NCBI GenBank assembly: GCA_965202585.1
Contig: OZ241829.1
Coordinates: 77,872,001 to 77,936,000, forward strand
Origin: Thalia democratica
Taxonomy: Eukaryota
Direction of reading: 5' to 3'
Length of the DNA stretch: 64,000 nucleotides
The position numbers and the translations under genes are program-made. Positions 38,334 to 50,915 of the stretch are shown here, piece by piece. The notes under the pieces are model-generated. The model was given only the letters and a program-made list of their open reading frames with translations. It was not told the origin of the DNA and made no database searches. The number at the start of each line of letters is the position of its first letter. Positions within the stretch are counted from its first letter, which is position 1.

Positions 38334-40059
38334 TAGTGATGTACCGGACTCACTATCCGGGTCCGGGTCCGGCCGGATATTGCCATTTTTGTCTGATATC
38401 GGATCCGGCCGGATTCTAATTTGAAAAAAAAAGTCCGGGTCCGGTTCCGGCTGGATTCTAATTTGAAAAAAATATCCGGATCCGGGTCCGGCCAGACCCG
38501 GATCTAGTTAGTAAAAAAGATCATACTGAAAAGTATTTTTTCAAAAACAAACCAAGTGTAGATTAATAAGAGTCATTTTCGTCAGGTAAAATTAAACACC
38601 TACCATGATTGGCTCATTTTGTACACGTGACTAATTTACATTTGTTTACGTTTTAAACAAGAAATAAACATTTCATGAAATTAACTGTTTACATATGTGG
38701 TAAAATTGAAAACTTTGGAATGAATACTTGCATTATTTATTTTTTAAAGTTGAGAATGCTTAGAGTTAATACGGTTGAATGTACGAGCCAATGAGATTCA
38801 TATGACGAAATGTTTCAAACTAAATACTGTAGCAACAAAACATCAGAACATGACAGGCAATTTATATGTAAGCAGTTAGTTAGTTTGGTGTGTAGCTTCA
38901 AGCAACAAAATATCTTGAACGTTTTTGTGAATGCTTATTGTAAGTAGTGCTTTGTTTAAAAAGTGAATATTTCAACAGGTGTTTAATTGTTTAAACATTT
39001 AAGCCAGGTTTATAGTTTAATAGTTTATTAAAAATTTTACTGTTTCCTGTTTACTAAAAGTTTTATTTAATTTTTAGTTTTTTTTAAGTCTTTTGATATA
39101 GATTTAAATAGCTTCCAGTTTTTAAAGTGTTACCAAAGTAATTAATAATTTTGTATATGCTAGTATTTCTTGTTGTGTTTTATATAAAAGATTCATCACT
39201 CAAAACTGTCGTGTCTGATTATAGAAAGTAGTCTCAGTTAGAATTGAGTATTTGTTAAATATTAATTTAATAAGGTAGGATTTATTTACGATGGGTAGTA
39301 CTAATAAGTTAAGTGTACCACAATCAGTACACAATTTTACTACTAAATTGTCAACCTTTGCTAGCTGTTCTACTGATTATTAGATTTAAATTAAAGTAAT
39401 TTTTTCAGTTTTTAAAAACCTCATTCTGACTCAGGCTTGTTTATACTCACTCTAGCTAGTTTTATTGACTTAAACAGTGGCAACCCTGCTAGTTTGAAAA
39501 TTTTTGGGAACTTTAGAAATTCTTGGACTGCCTCAGGCTAGTGTAGTTTTTTATAAAAACTCAGGCTAGTTTTCCTTCAGATTTTGAATGAGTTTGAGCT
39601 AATCCAGTTATCAATATTTTGTAATTTTCTGGTGTATTTTGTTCAAGAACTTGATTTCAGATTTTCAATTGTAAATAACACCTAAATTTGTAAACCTTGT
39701 GGCTAGCTGTTCTACTTATTATTAGATTAAAATTCTTTTTTTTTCAGTTTTTATAAACCTCATTCTGACTCAGGCTAGTTTATTCTAGTGATGAACCGGA
39801 CTCACTATCCGGGTCCGGGTCCGGCCGGATATTGCCATTTTTGTCTGATATCCGGATCCGGCCGGATTCTAATTTGAAAAAAAAGTCCGGATCCGGTTCC
39901 GGCCGGACTCTAATTTTAAAAAAAAGTCCGGGTCCGGTTCCGGCGGGATTCTAATTTGAAAAAAAAGTCCGGATCCGGTTACGGCCGGATTCTAATTTGA
40001 AAAATAAGTCCGGATCCGGGTCCGGCCGGACCCGAAATTGTGGTTCCGGTACATCACTA
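38334..40059. mobile_element. Composite hAT element (1726 bp) with an extra internal left end at 39786
   Basis: Perfect 15-bp TIR TAGTGATGTACCGGA/TCCGGTACATCACTA. TSD ATTTTGAC/ATTTTGAG (7/8). Subterminal CCGGATCCGG..TCTAATTTGAAAAAAAAGT repeats. Flanks rejoin to match tandem units 1 and 2. Confidence 0.88.
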
Positions 40060-40269
40060 ATTTTGAGCTCTTATTTTTTATGTGTTTATAACTTGCTGAG
40101 TAAGCAAAAAAGCTTTTTTTTAAATGTTGTTTTTAATAATAACTATTAAAACTTAAGTTGTTGCAATTATTATTTTCTATTATGTTTAGGTATGGTAAGT
40201 TAAGGATTATGTTTATTAAAAAAAATTTAGAAAATAAGCTTTATGTTTTATATAAAGTATAGTAATAAA

Positions 40270-41795
40270 CGAAACAATAACACAACAACTTAACAACAAA
40301 CAACTTACTTTGTAAAGATTTTATATCAGATTACTCAAATTTTAACTTGAGTTAAAATGTTTTTAACTTAGTTGAGTACAATAAACCAATAAAACAATGT
40401 CAATTTGTGTTATTTATTAAAATTATTAAAAAGAATATGTTATGACAAATATTAAATAAATAAGTTATGATACAAATTTGTGAAATATATTCAAATTTTA
40501 AATAGTAAATTGTAAGTGGTTTTCTTAATTATATTTAACAGTGTTTGTATAAAGTACACGCACATATTAGAAATAGTTACAAACAGTTTTTCTGAAATTT
40601 AAATTAATTAAACTTTATTAATTAAATAACTGTTCACTTATTGCATTATAAGTTTAAGTTAATCGGTTAAAGAAAAGGAAATAAAATCAGAAAAAAAAAT
40701 TAAAACTATCAAGTTAAATTAAAAATATTTTAGGTTTACAGTCTTGAAAATTCACAAATAACTCACAAAAAATCAAAGATGTTACGAAAATTAAAAATTT
40801 ATGTTGATACAAGGGAAAAATAGTAACTTTTTAAAGGAATTTATAAAACTTTAGGGTTTAAGATATAAACGGGGAGATGAAAAAAAAAATCTTTATCAAA
40901 CGTATTTATTGAAAAAAAATTTTAGATAACAAAACATATACTTTCAGATTGAACTGTCATGCAAAAATAAAGCAAATTTATACAAATGTAAAACTTATAT
41001 ACTTTTAAACACACAAAAAGAATGTCAAGGAAGATTGAAATATATGTAGAAGTTATTCTAGTTATCTATGAACAATGCATGCTATCTAGGATGTCATCAT
41101 AGAGATATTTAAGTGTTCGTAAATTTTAAAACAAAAATATATTTTTGCAAATTTCGAAACGTCATAATTGCTAACAATAAACTAACTAAACTATCGTTGC
41201 TTATGAAGAAGTTATTTATAAATTACAACTGGTCAAAATTTAACCTAAATCGGTTTGTCAAGTTTTTTGAAACATATTTTATAGCCATGGTTGAGGTAAT
41301 GTTTAAATTTAATTAAAATGCTGCTTTAGCATACAAATAAGAAAATAATAATTATTTTTGATTTACAATTTTATATCTACTAAGTTAAAAGAACAAAATT
41401 ATAGCAGTTTGTTGGTGTGCTTAAATTAAAGTAAAGGTATGCATTTTATAAGCTTTAAAGATGTGTGTTTTCAGATGTAAAAAATAATATTGATGTATAA
41501 GTTTGTCTGTAAATTAATTCAGTGACACACGGAGTAAAAATTTCTTTTAGTATGTTAAAATTACTAATTTATCAGGACATAAGAAAGGTACGTAACTTAA
41601 AAGGTATACACTTGCGTAAGTTATGCACGAAAATAGAGAACAAATGTGATCATAATCTGTTTGAAAAAAATACAAAAAAAGTTAAAGAGTTTAAAACTAG
41701 TTTAATATAAATTATGTACAAAAAATACAGATTTATAAAAGTTGAGCAACTCTTTAATAAAGTAAAAAACAGTATTTTGATAAAAAAATGTTAAT
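40270..41795. repeat. Element X copy 2 (3'-truncated by a deletion)
   Basis: Colinear with 5330-6975. Confidence 0.88.
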
Positions 41796-41908
41796 GTCAA
41801 AATTACTTGACTTTTTTATTATTAGAATTATTATTCTTATTACCATTTTTTGATCTATTTATTAGTTCGTTTTTTTAAGGGATCTCTTGTTCGAATAATG
41901 ATAACTTT

Positions 41909-41945
41909 TGAGACCGTTTTCGTCCTTATAAGGACTCATCAGTCA
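41909..41945 (-). ncRNA. Minimal type I hammerhead ribozyme motif with canonical core
   Basis: Minus strand TGA-CTGATGA-GTCCT-TATA-AGGAC-GAAA-ACGG-TC-TCA: conserved CUGAUGA and GAAA, 5-bp stem II, 3-bp stem I, GUC site (cleavage predicted between 41912 and 41911). Stem III A-ACGG-U is one base from the palindrome ACCGGU. Confidence 0.8.
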
Positions 41946-43927
41946 GTCACAACCGAAACTTGTGGTCTGATGATCGAATTGTCATGATCAAACCTTCCGT
42001 TAAACTTAAGCTTGTCACGGCAAACGTAAGTCCAAGCTTCTGCTCTGCAGACGCCAATGTTTTTGTTGACCAAATGTATTTATAATTAAGTAGATCTTTT
42101 TACACATATACTTAACATGTAAACCAACTAAATCTATTTCTTTAATTATTAATTCATACTTCACATTAAACAACAATAAAAAGTTTTCGTTTCATTAAAT
42201 CTATTAATTTTTATAAGAAAGCAAAAATTCAAATTAGATGATTGGTTAAATTAATTTTTAATACATTTATTTCTTATATTAGTACACAAACATCATTCTA
42301 TTGTAACTTATTAATCGAAACATGTAAAAAGTACTCAGATGCTATCGTTAAACTTTTTAATCTATTTTCACTGCATATCTTCAAAAACGTTACTGCAGAA
42401 AGAATTAAAACATAGTTTGTCACTAAAAACCACAAATAAAATAATTTTATGCTATTTTGTCCTTAGAGAATTTAACAAAAGTAGAAAAAAATCATCGCAA
42501 AAACATTTTTAAACTAACTATAAAACATGCAATTAAAAAATGTTAGTTAATTAAACAGATAAAAACACTTTATACACAAAATCTTTTTGTTTACATTGTT
42601 TCGGTTTATTAAAAAAAAAAATATTAGCCTATAATCTCGCTAGGTCATATTAATCTATAACATAATATAGTAATGTTTTTTGTAAAATTGCTTAAAATAA
42701 TAGACAAAGTAAAACTTGAAGCACAAATGATATGATTTAAAAATTTAACAATTAATTAAGTTTTATTTAAGGACATGTTTTAACTTTTATCCTGAGCTGA
42801 AAAAATAATGTTCAATCTTATTTTGATAGGCTAAATTGACTCAGTTAATAAATAACAAAATGATACAGATTTTTAATTATAATAAAGTATCTGCAAAATA
42901 GTTGTTAACATATTGAAATATCATTAAAAGCGTTTTGACAAGTTTGATTTTAAATAATTTCAAAAATCAAACAACTAAATTTTTTCAGTTTACCACACTT
43001 TAATATTTTTTTTTCTATTAAATCAGCTAATTGTTCTTTTATTTATAACAATTAATTTTACTTAAAAAATTCCTCATAACTTCTAAATAGATTTTTTGTG
43101 GTAAATCTTATTTTAGAATAAGTCTATTTATTAGATATTTCTAGCTAAAAAATTATTTGTTTATAATAACTACTTTTTAGTCAAATAAAAAAAATACATT
43201 ATATTTTCAATGAGTATTATTTGTATAGTATATTTAACTTTTATTATACTTAAAAATACACAGTACTGTTTTTTTAAATATATTTAGTTTTTGCCTAGAC
43301 TCAATAGTATATATAATAAAACAAATTTTCTAAATGTTTAAACATATAAACTATTACAAAATTTCAATTCAACGAAATACTTATTGAAAATTGTTTAATA
43401 TTAACTAACTGTTAGTTTTAAAATGCATAACTCTAAAATTATCAAACAATTATAAGAACAAAAAACGAGTTTATTAAATTATATTTTTTTTGTAATATAT
43501 TAAGTTATAATAAATCTAATTATTTAGATTTGTAAAACTATTAAATTTAAAGTAATTTATAGCTCATATTAATCAAATGAACAGATAAAAGAAAATTTTC
43601 AATGAGTATCATTTGTTTAGCGTACGTTACTTTTATTTTTCTTAAAGATAAACAATACTGTTTTTCATAGTGTATTTGTTTTCTGTATTAAATTTAAGGG
43701 ATATAAAGAAGAATTTACAATTTTTTAAGATTTAACAAACTGTTTCCAAAGTTCAAATTTATAAGAATCTTATCAAAAGTATAAAATAATATTTATTAAC
43801 AGCTAATTTTGACTTGTATTTTTCAAAACGAATTGTGTTTTTAAGTGATACACTATATCGTTATGTTTTAAATGTGTCCAGTTTAATTTTAGTTTCTGTT
43901 TTTAGACAAAAAATTATTTCTGGCAAA

Positions 43928-44751
43928 ATGTCTATGATGCATGAAAACAGCAACTTAATTCCTTTTCAAGCACCAAATGTTTTGTACGGTAATAGAAATT
44001 GCAACCAAGAAGGCTTTAGTATTTTGATTTGTGGAGGAAAAGATAAAATAGAAAAAATTACAAACGAAATTTTAGAAATGGAAATTCCTAGTTTTAAAGT
44101 GAATACATTTTCTTTAATGGTAGAACCACATGTAATTTTCGATTTAATTAATATCAAATCTGATATACTTGCTATTGGTGAAACTAAAAAATTAAAAGAG
44201 TTTTTAGATGAACCATATCTGTTTCTAGAAGTTTATTCTGCAAAAACTAAAACTTGGACTCATAAGTATGTCAAAGTTGATAAAAAGCTACACAGTATGT
44301 TTATTTGTATAAGTTCATTTATGAGTAAGTTGTATTTTATTGGTGGTTGGAACAGTAATTTGTGCTATAGTTACGATATTAATAAATTTGAATGGAACAA
44401 AATAACTAGTTTAAATGCAGCAAGAAGTAGTGCTAAATGTATAGCTTTTGAAGGTAAAATTGTTCTTACTGGAGGGCATAACTATGATCAAGGAGAATTG
44501 AAATCAGTAGAAGCATATGACTATCATGAAGACAAGTGGACTTATTTACCTGATATGATTGAAAAAAAATTAATCATTCTGCATTTAGCATTGATAACAA
44601 TATTTTGGTTTTTAAAACTTTGAAATATTATTTAACAGAAACAATAGTTTACTTATACGATGTTGATAAAGCAAAATGGTTAAATATTCAGTTTGATTTT
44701 ACTAAACACATGCTTAGACCAGATTATGTTAAGTACTACACCTTACATTAA
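43928..44751 (+). pseudogene. K6: Kelch paralog of K3 with a -1 frameshift and deletion of one blade
   Basis: Open to MIEKK, 1-nt loss near 44570, then AAT CAT TCT GCA TTT AGC joins blade 5 to blade 6 (46 codons missing vs K3). The rest is open to KYYTLH*. Confidence 0.88.
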
Positions 44752-45569
44752 GAAACTTTAGCATCGCGTGTTTAACATTATAAGGGAAAGTTCTATAAGT
44801 TTATTTCATTTCTTTTTTTTATTATGTTTCACACTTTGTTTTAAATAACTTTGTTACTTTTATGTTTGTTATAGACTGTTTTATTTAATAACTTTGTTGG
44901 AATTTTTGTTACAATAAAGCATTTATAAAAGAAGAACTGGCGTATGAAAATAACATTTTATTTAAGTGTTAAAAGAGTGTTATTTTATAACTAACAATCT
45001 TAAAATATAGTATATATTTATGTTGATCTTAAGTAACTTCTAATGACTGTTGTAAAAATTATTGTATGATGTAAGTATGTAAATGTAAGTTTCTTATCAC
45101 ATTATTTTTTCAGAAATATTAAAAGAATAATTAGTTTTTTAAGTGCAATAACCCAAACGTAAGTAAGTAAAATTTATCAACCAAGTGAAAAATTTTAAAA
45201 ATAAATACATCTATTTAATATAACGAACTTGTTAAATATATGTTATCAAAAAAGGTAAATCATTATAAAGGTATTGATTTTAATACTTTATAGCATTTTT
45301 ACAAATTTTAAATTTAATGCATTATTTTTAATTCAATTTGAGTCTTTTTTAACCGCATATGTTTAGGAATTTAAAAATGCTTTTATTTTTTAATTGTAGT
45401 GATTTATTCAAAAATTTAAATCGTAAGCTCTCAAAATGTGTAAAAACAGTAAAACTTTTAGGTTAAATATCGGTTTTAAATTTTTCAGATATAATTTATA
45501 TTACAAAATTTCCACAGACACAATGATATTTTGCATCAAACTAAATATTTTTTTGCAAGTTTAGAATCA

Positions 45570-46370
45570 TAACTTAATGAAATCAAAAAGGTTTAATGTA
45601 AGTAAACTATCGATGCTCATGAAGAAGTTACTAAGAATTTACATTTGGTGAGAATTTCACCAACAACAGTTTGCAATGATATTAAACATAAATTTTAAAC
45701 TATGACTGACGTACGGTTTAATTGCAATTAAACTATGCTGTTTAAGCATATAAGGTCAGAAAATGAATATTATCTTTAATTTTCATTTCTTATTCTACTT
45801 AATTTTATAGAATAAAAGTTTAGCAACTGTTTGGTTTACTTAACTTTACATAGGGGTATGCGTTTCATAAACTGTAAAGATATGTTCTTTAAGTTGTAAG
45901 TACAAATAGTTTTTATCAATGTATAAGTTTGTCTGTTTATTAATTCACTTAAACACACAGAATAAGTATTTCTTTATAGATTTTAAAATTATTTAAATAG
46001 TGGGGACGTAGGATAGGTTCACACTTTTTAAGGTATGCACTTTCGTAAAGAACGCACTATAATAGGAAAATAAATGTGATCATAAATTTATTAAAAAACA
46101 AGCGAATGAAGTTAAAAGAGCTTAAAAAATTGTTTATATTAGTCTATGCTCAAAAATACAGAGGTATAAAAATCGATTAACTATTAAATAAACTAAACAA
46201 AACAGTATTTTCAATAAAAATAAGTTGATGTCAGCTATATGTGATCTGAAAAATATAAAAGTTGTTCAAATTTGTAAGACACTTTTTTTCTGCGTCAAGG
46301 TTCGTACCTTATCAATTTTCTTATTATACTTCTATTATTTCTACCTACTAAACGTCGTTAGGAAATTATT
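45570..46370. repeat. Element X copy 3 (3' half)
   Basis: ATCGATGCTCATGAAGAAGTT, GGTATGCGTTTCATAAACTGTAAAGAT, TGTGATCATAA and CAAGGTTCGTACCTT. Confidence 0.82.
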
Positions 46371-49300
46371 TATCTTTGCTTCACATGTAACCGTATTTTT
46401 ATTGTTAAAACATTTTTTCTTAAACCGGAAAAGTCTTTTCCATAATACAAGTTGGTAGAGGTCATTATCTAGACTTGACATTAACCAATTCAATGATGTT
46501 TTTTCTGATAAGCGAATCTGATTATAATATAAATTTCTGTAGGCTACTGTGTTGGGAGTACTGAACCAGGTAAATCATAAACAAAAAGTGTTATATTTGT
46601 CTTTTTTTAAACTCATTCAAGTCCCTAGCAAGTTGGCTGCTACTAGGCCTAAAATAAACTATGTCTATAATAACTAGTAAACTTTGTTCGTGTACTAAAC
46701 CTGAAGTCTTAATGAAATTATTGACTAGATTTTGGTCATCATCTACTAAACGTAGAAATTTTTAACGAAGGTAGCTGCTCAGATGCCGGAGTCATCATAA
46801 AAAGTTTTACGATATGTGCTTGGTTATATTGCAACGAAAGCCTGGCGGTTAACTGACGTAACGCACTAATATAACGCAATTCTAAGATAGTTCTTACGCT
46901 TGTGTTGTACTGATCTCGTTAATTAATAAATTAGGTATGTAAAGTGATGAATAAACTTATATTATTGTTCTGATAGGTTATAAGTGTTGATTGAACCTAC
47001 AATATTGTTTATGCAAATTTGATTATAAATCTGTTGGATAGTTTAAGCTATTTTTTTATTGAAGTAGGTTTATAATGTTATCAGAATGCTTAAACTACTG
47101 GTATAACTAAAATGTCTTTAAGTTTAAAGTATATTTACAATGAATAAATGTGCAAAAAATTGCAAACCGTACTAGCAAAATAATACAAAATAAAATAGTT
47201 CAGCTCAACAGCTTAAGTTCTGTACAATCGAAACATCGTTACTAGCGAGAGTATAAACGTGAAACCTAAAAACGTAAAAACTCGGCAGAAAATAAAAAAA
47301 TGCTAAAGCAAAGGTAAAGTAAAAACAAACTAAGCTAAGACCAAAAGTCAAACTTAAGATGATTGCCTATAGAAATGATTTAGAGAAGAAAATAAAAGAA
47401 GATTAGTTTCTATCGCTAACCGTAGCAGAGCAGTAGAAATGTATATTAATAGTTAGTAAAAATTATTGCAATTAATTGCTTAAATTAAAAAAATATTGTA
47501 TCTTTACATAATCTTAATAAGCTCCTATGTTTTTTTCGCAACTAATTGAAATATTTCTTCAGAAGTTTTTATTTAGAAATCAAATTTTCAATTTTAATTT
47601 TTTCCGTAAAAAAAGTTTATTCTTTTCAACAAACTTTATTTGGTTGTATGAAATATATTTTGAGTTTAGCTAAAGATTTTAAATTTACTTATTTTTAAAT
47701 CGTTTAAATAGCATTGTTATTTAGGCATTTTAATTTTCTTATTTTGTTAATTTTCTTATTTAAGTTTCAATTTTACTTTGAAATAAAGCATGTAAAACAG
47801 AAAAATTATTGGAGATGTCAAATCAGTTTTAAAATATGATTAAACTAACTAATGAAGTAACTAAAGATTTTTATTCAGATCACTCTATTTTTAAACTAAG
47901 TTTTAAATGTGTTAATGATAGATGTTTTCAGTATAAGTAAATAATATTCAATACGAAGGATGAACTTTTTATAAAGCAAAAATGTAAGTAAAATCTTTTC
48001 GTTTAAGTTGTAAACCTGTTTGATTCTCTAAAAATTATTGCATCTAAAAATGAAGACTTCAATATAAAATAAATGTTATATAATACGGCTTTAATATTAA
48101 TTATCTTAAATCTAAACTTACAAGTAAAATATTAAAATACTTTTTCTTATTACCTTTATGTGTATTAAGCTAGCAATAATTAAAAAATGTTACCACTGAA
48201 AAAAAAAATTACGGAATTTATACAATAATCCTATTGTAAATTAAAAAACATAAGTTAAAATTTAAAACTTGTAAACTACTTTCTACGCTTGCTAACAAGT
48301 TGACTTATATCTATTAATAAGTAAACTTTTTAAATGCTTTAAACTGTTAATAGTATACAATGCTTAATTTTAACAATTTATGCTACTAAGATTATAATCT
48401 AGATTTTTTCCGTAATTAAACCAAAGTACGTAAGTTCATCTGATTTTACTTAAAAGTCCATTTTATTTAAACGAAAATAAAAAAGTTCAATATATCTTCA
48501 TAGCTTGTAAATTAATTACTGCTTGATTGTTCAAAACTAATGAAATGTGATTTTTAAATCCTGAGTTTTATAACCCAAAATAGTATTATTTTTTTCTTGA
48601 ATTCTTTTAACTTTTCTTCAAGTTTGTAAAACTTTTTCACATTGTAGATGCATAATGTCTAGTCTTAAAAACTAAAGCTTTATAACTATATTTAAATACG
48701 ACAGTCAAGATTACTGGTGGATCAAAGTGAAAATTGGTCAAAAATCAGACTTTCCGTTCTCTACTTTTCTAACATAAATGAAAAGTGTAAACTAGAGGTC
48801 ATTAATTTAAACCAGAGTGTATTTCCGAGAAAATGTTGGTCGAAGGGTCGCATAATGCTTAAAAAGTGTTTCTTACGGACCAGGATTCAAAATTACAGTT
48901 GTTATCTTAATTAATAAACAGTATAACAAAAAAAAAAGCACTAAAGCAGTTTAAATTGCTATTTATCAAAGTAGAACCAAACTTGTTAGTTTTTACTGCG
49001 AAAAACTTCAATTTATTGTTTATTTAAATTTTTATTTATCTATCTAAAAACTACCTCGCAAGTCGATTATTATTTTAAGTGCCAAATTTAGCCCGCGGAC
49101 CGAAGCTTGTCAAAGCTTTGATTTTTCAGCATTAAACACAGTAATATTTAGTAAACTTAGTACTTTATGTAAAAAACACACACTGCATTTTTACATTTAA
49201 ACAAATATAACAACTGTAATTTCACAAAACATTAATGTTTTTAAGTTTTAATCTACTGGTGAGATTTATATTGCTGCAGTTTACTACATCTCGTAGTTAT

Positions 49301-49960
49301 GAACATTTATTTTTTATATATTTTCAACTTTTTTGTTTTTCACTATCGTTTAAAAATTACCCTTCGTGCAAAATTATCTTCGTACAATTTGGTTTTTGTG
49401 CAATTTTGTCTTCTTGCACTTTTAATTCGTTCTGATATTTTGCATATGTCGCAAATTTTGACGCATAATTAAACTCTTATTAGAAAAATTTCGAGTTAAA
49501 TTGTCAACAAAATCAATCAAATATATGAAGCATCTAATAAATTTATTTAAAAAATTTTCCGGTTACATGACAACTTTGATACCGACAATTCAAATTATTA
49601 AAAATAATATTTATGATACAGTGACTTAAAAAGTAACGAATTGGCAACGAACTTTATTTGGTTATACAGAACTTATTTTAAGTTTAGTTGAAAATTTGAG
49701 TAATCCAATAAAATTTTTACTAATTGAAAATAAATAGCATAAGCTGTTTTTTTTTATACTATTCTTTACAAACCAAAAAGAAGTTAATTATTAACAAACA
49801 CATTTTTTTTATTAAACATAAGCGAAGCAAAGCAAACAAAGCAAAAATATAAACGAAACAATTTATAGTTAAAATATAAACCCAAACGAGTTAAAAGTTT
49901 TAACTCATTAAACGTTATTTATCCAATATTTTGTCCATGTGTTCCTAATGTTTCGGAGAA

Positions 49961-50915
49961 CTAAGTGTAGTACTTAACAAAATTAGATTGAAAAATATAT
50001 TCAGTAAAATCTCTGTGAATGTACAACCACTTTTCTTTTATAACATCGTATAAGTAAACAACAGTTTCTGTGTAAGTTTCGTGAAATACAACAATATTTT
50101 TGCCAATACTAACTGAATTAAAGTTCATTTTTTGGAAATCTGGTAAAATATCTGAAGTAATTTTTGTGAAAATTCGGGAACTACTATCAAATACTTCACA
50201 ATTTGTAGTTTTGTATCCACCAACAACAAACATTTTGTTACCCATACTAACTGCAGCATGATTACTTCTTTCTTCAATCATATCAGGTAAAAAATTTCTA
50301 TTTGTTTTCATGATAATCATATGCCTCTACTGATTTCAGTTGAGACCAATTATTTTCACCTGCAGTAACAACAATATTACCTTCAAAAACTGTACAGGCA
50401 GCACAATCTCTTGCTTCATTTAAATCTGCTATTTTATTCCATATATTACTATTGATATCATAGGTATAACATGAACCAAGAGTTTTATCACTGCATATAT
50501 ATATACACAAATTAAATACAGTTTATTCATAAACGAAGTAATACAATAACAAGATTTATCTTTCATTTCCACATACTGATGATTCCATGTTTTAGTTTTT
50601 CTTGAGAAAATTTCAACAGATAAAAATGAATCATCTAAACTTTCATTTAATTTTGTTGTGTTATCAATAGCAATTACATCAGACTTAATAGTAATTAAGT
50701 CCAAGTAGTAATACGGTTTTACCATTGAAGGAAATTTGTTCACTTTAAAACTAGGTTTTTTTTCTTTCTAAAACTTCTTTTGTCATATATCCATCTTCAT
50801 CTGCTCTTCCACAAATCAAAATACTGAAGCCTTCTTGGTTACAATATCTGTTTTCATACAAAACATTTGGTACTTGAAAAGGATTTGAGTTGCTTTTCTC
50901 ATGCATCATAGACAT
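49961..50915 (-). pseudogene. K7: Kelch paralog pseudogene
   Basis: Full-length homology. Frameshifts near 50760, at a (TA)n tract near 50500 and near 50295; TGG changed to TAG at 50298. Acceptor TTTTTAG|AC 21 nt upstream. Confidence 0.9.

Larger units (their letters stand above)
33600..40230. repeat. Three diverged tandem copies of a ~0.9-kb non-coding unit (33600-34450, 36180-36680, 38090-38333 + 40068-40230)
   Basis: Shared TAGCC(G/A)AT(G/A)(C/T)TTAT..GCTT, TTTTTCTGTT..ATGACGTCA and (copies 2 and 3) TTTAGGTATGGTAAG. Confidence 0.8.

Noticed and set aside
41953-41995. Second hammerhead on the plus strand (CGAAAC..CTGATGA..CAAAC)
   Set aside because: No room for stem I between the GAAA segment and CUGAUGA, and no downstream GAAA; treated only as the antisense arm of the hairpin.
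46440-47450. GC-richer stretch suggestive of a decayed retroelement (similar at 36990-37400 and 33100-33320)
   Set aside because: No recognisable protein motif, terminus or repeat partner could be read; left unassigned.
5211-49435. Numerous 60-90 aa ORFs rich in F/L/I/K/N
   Set aside because: Expected by chance in very AT-rich DNA; homologous positions in duplicated copies do not keep the frame.
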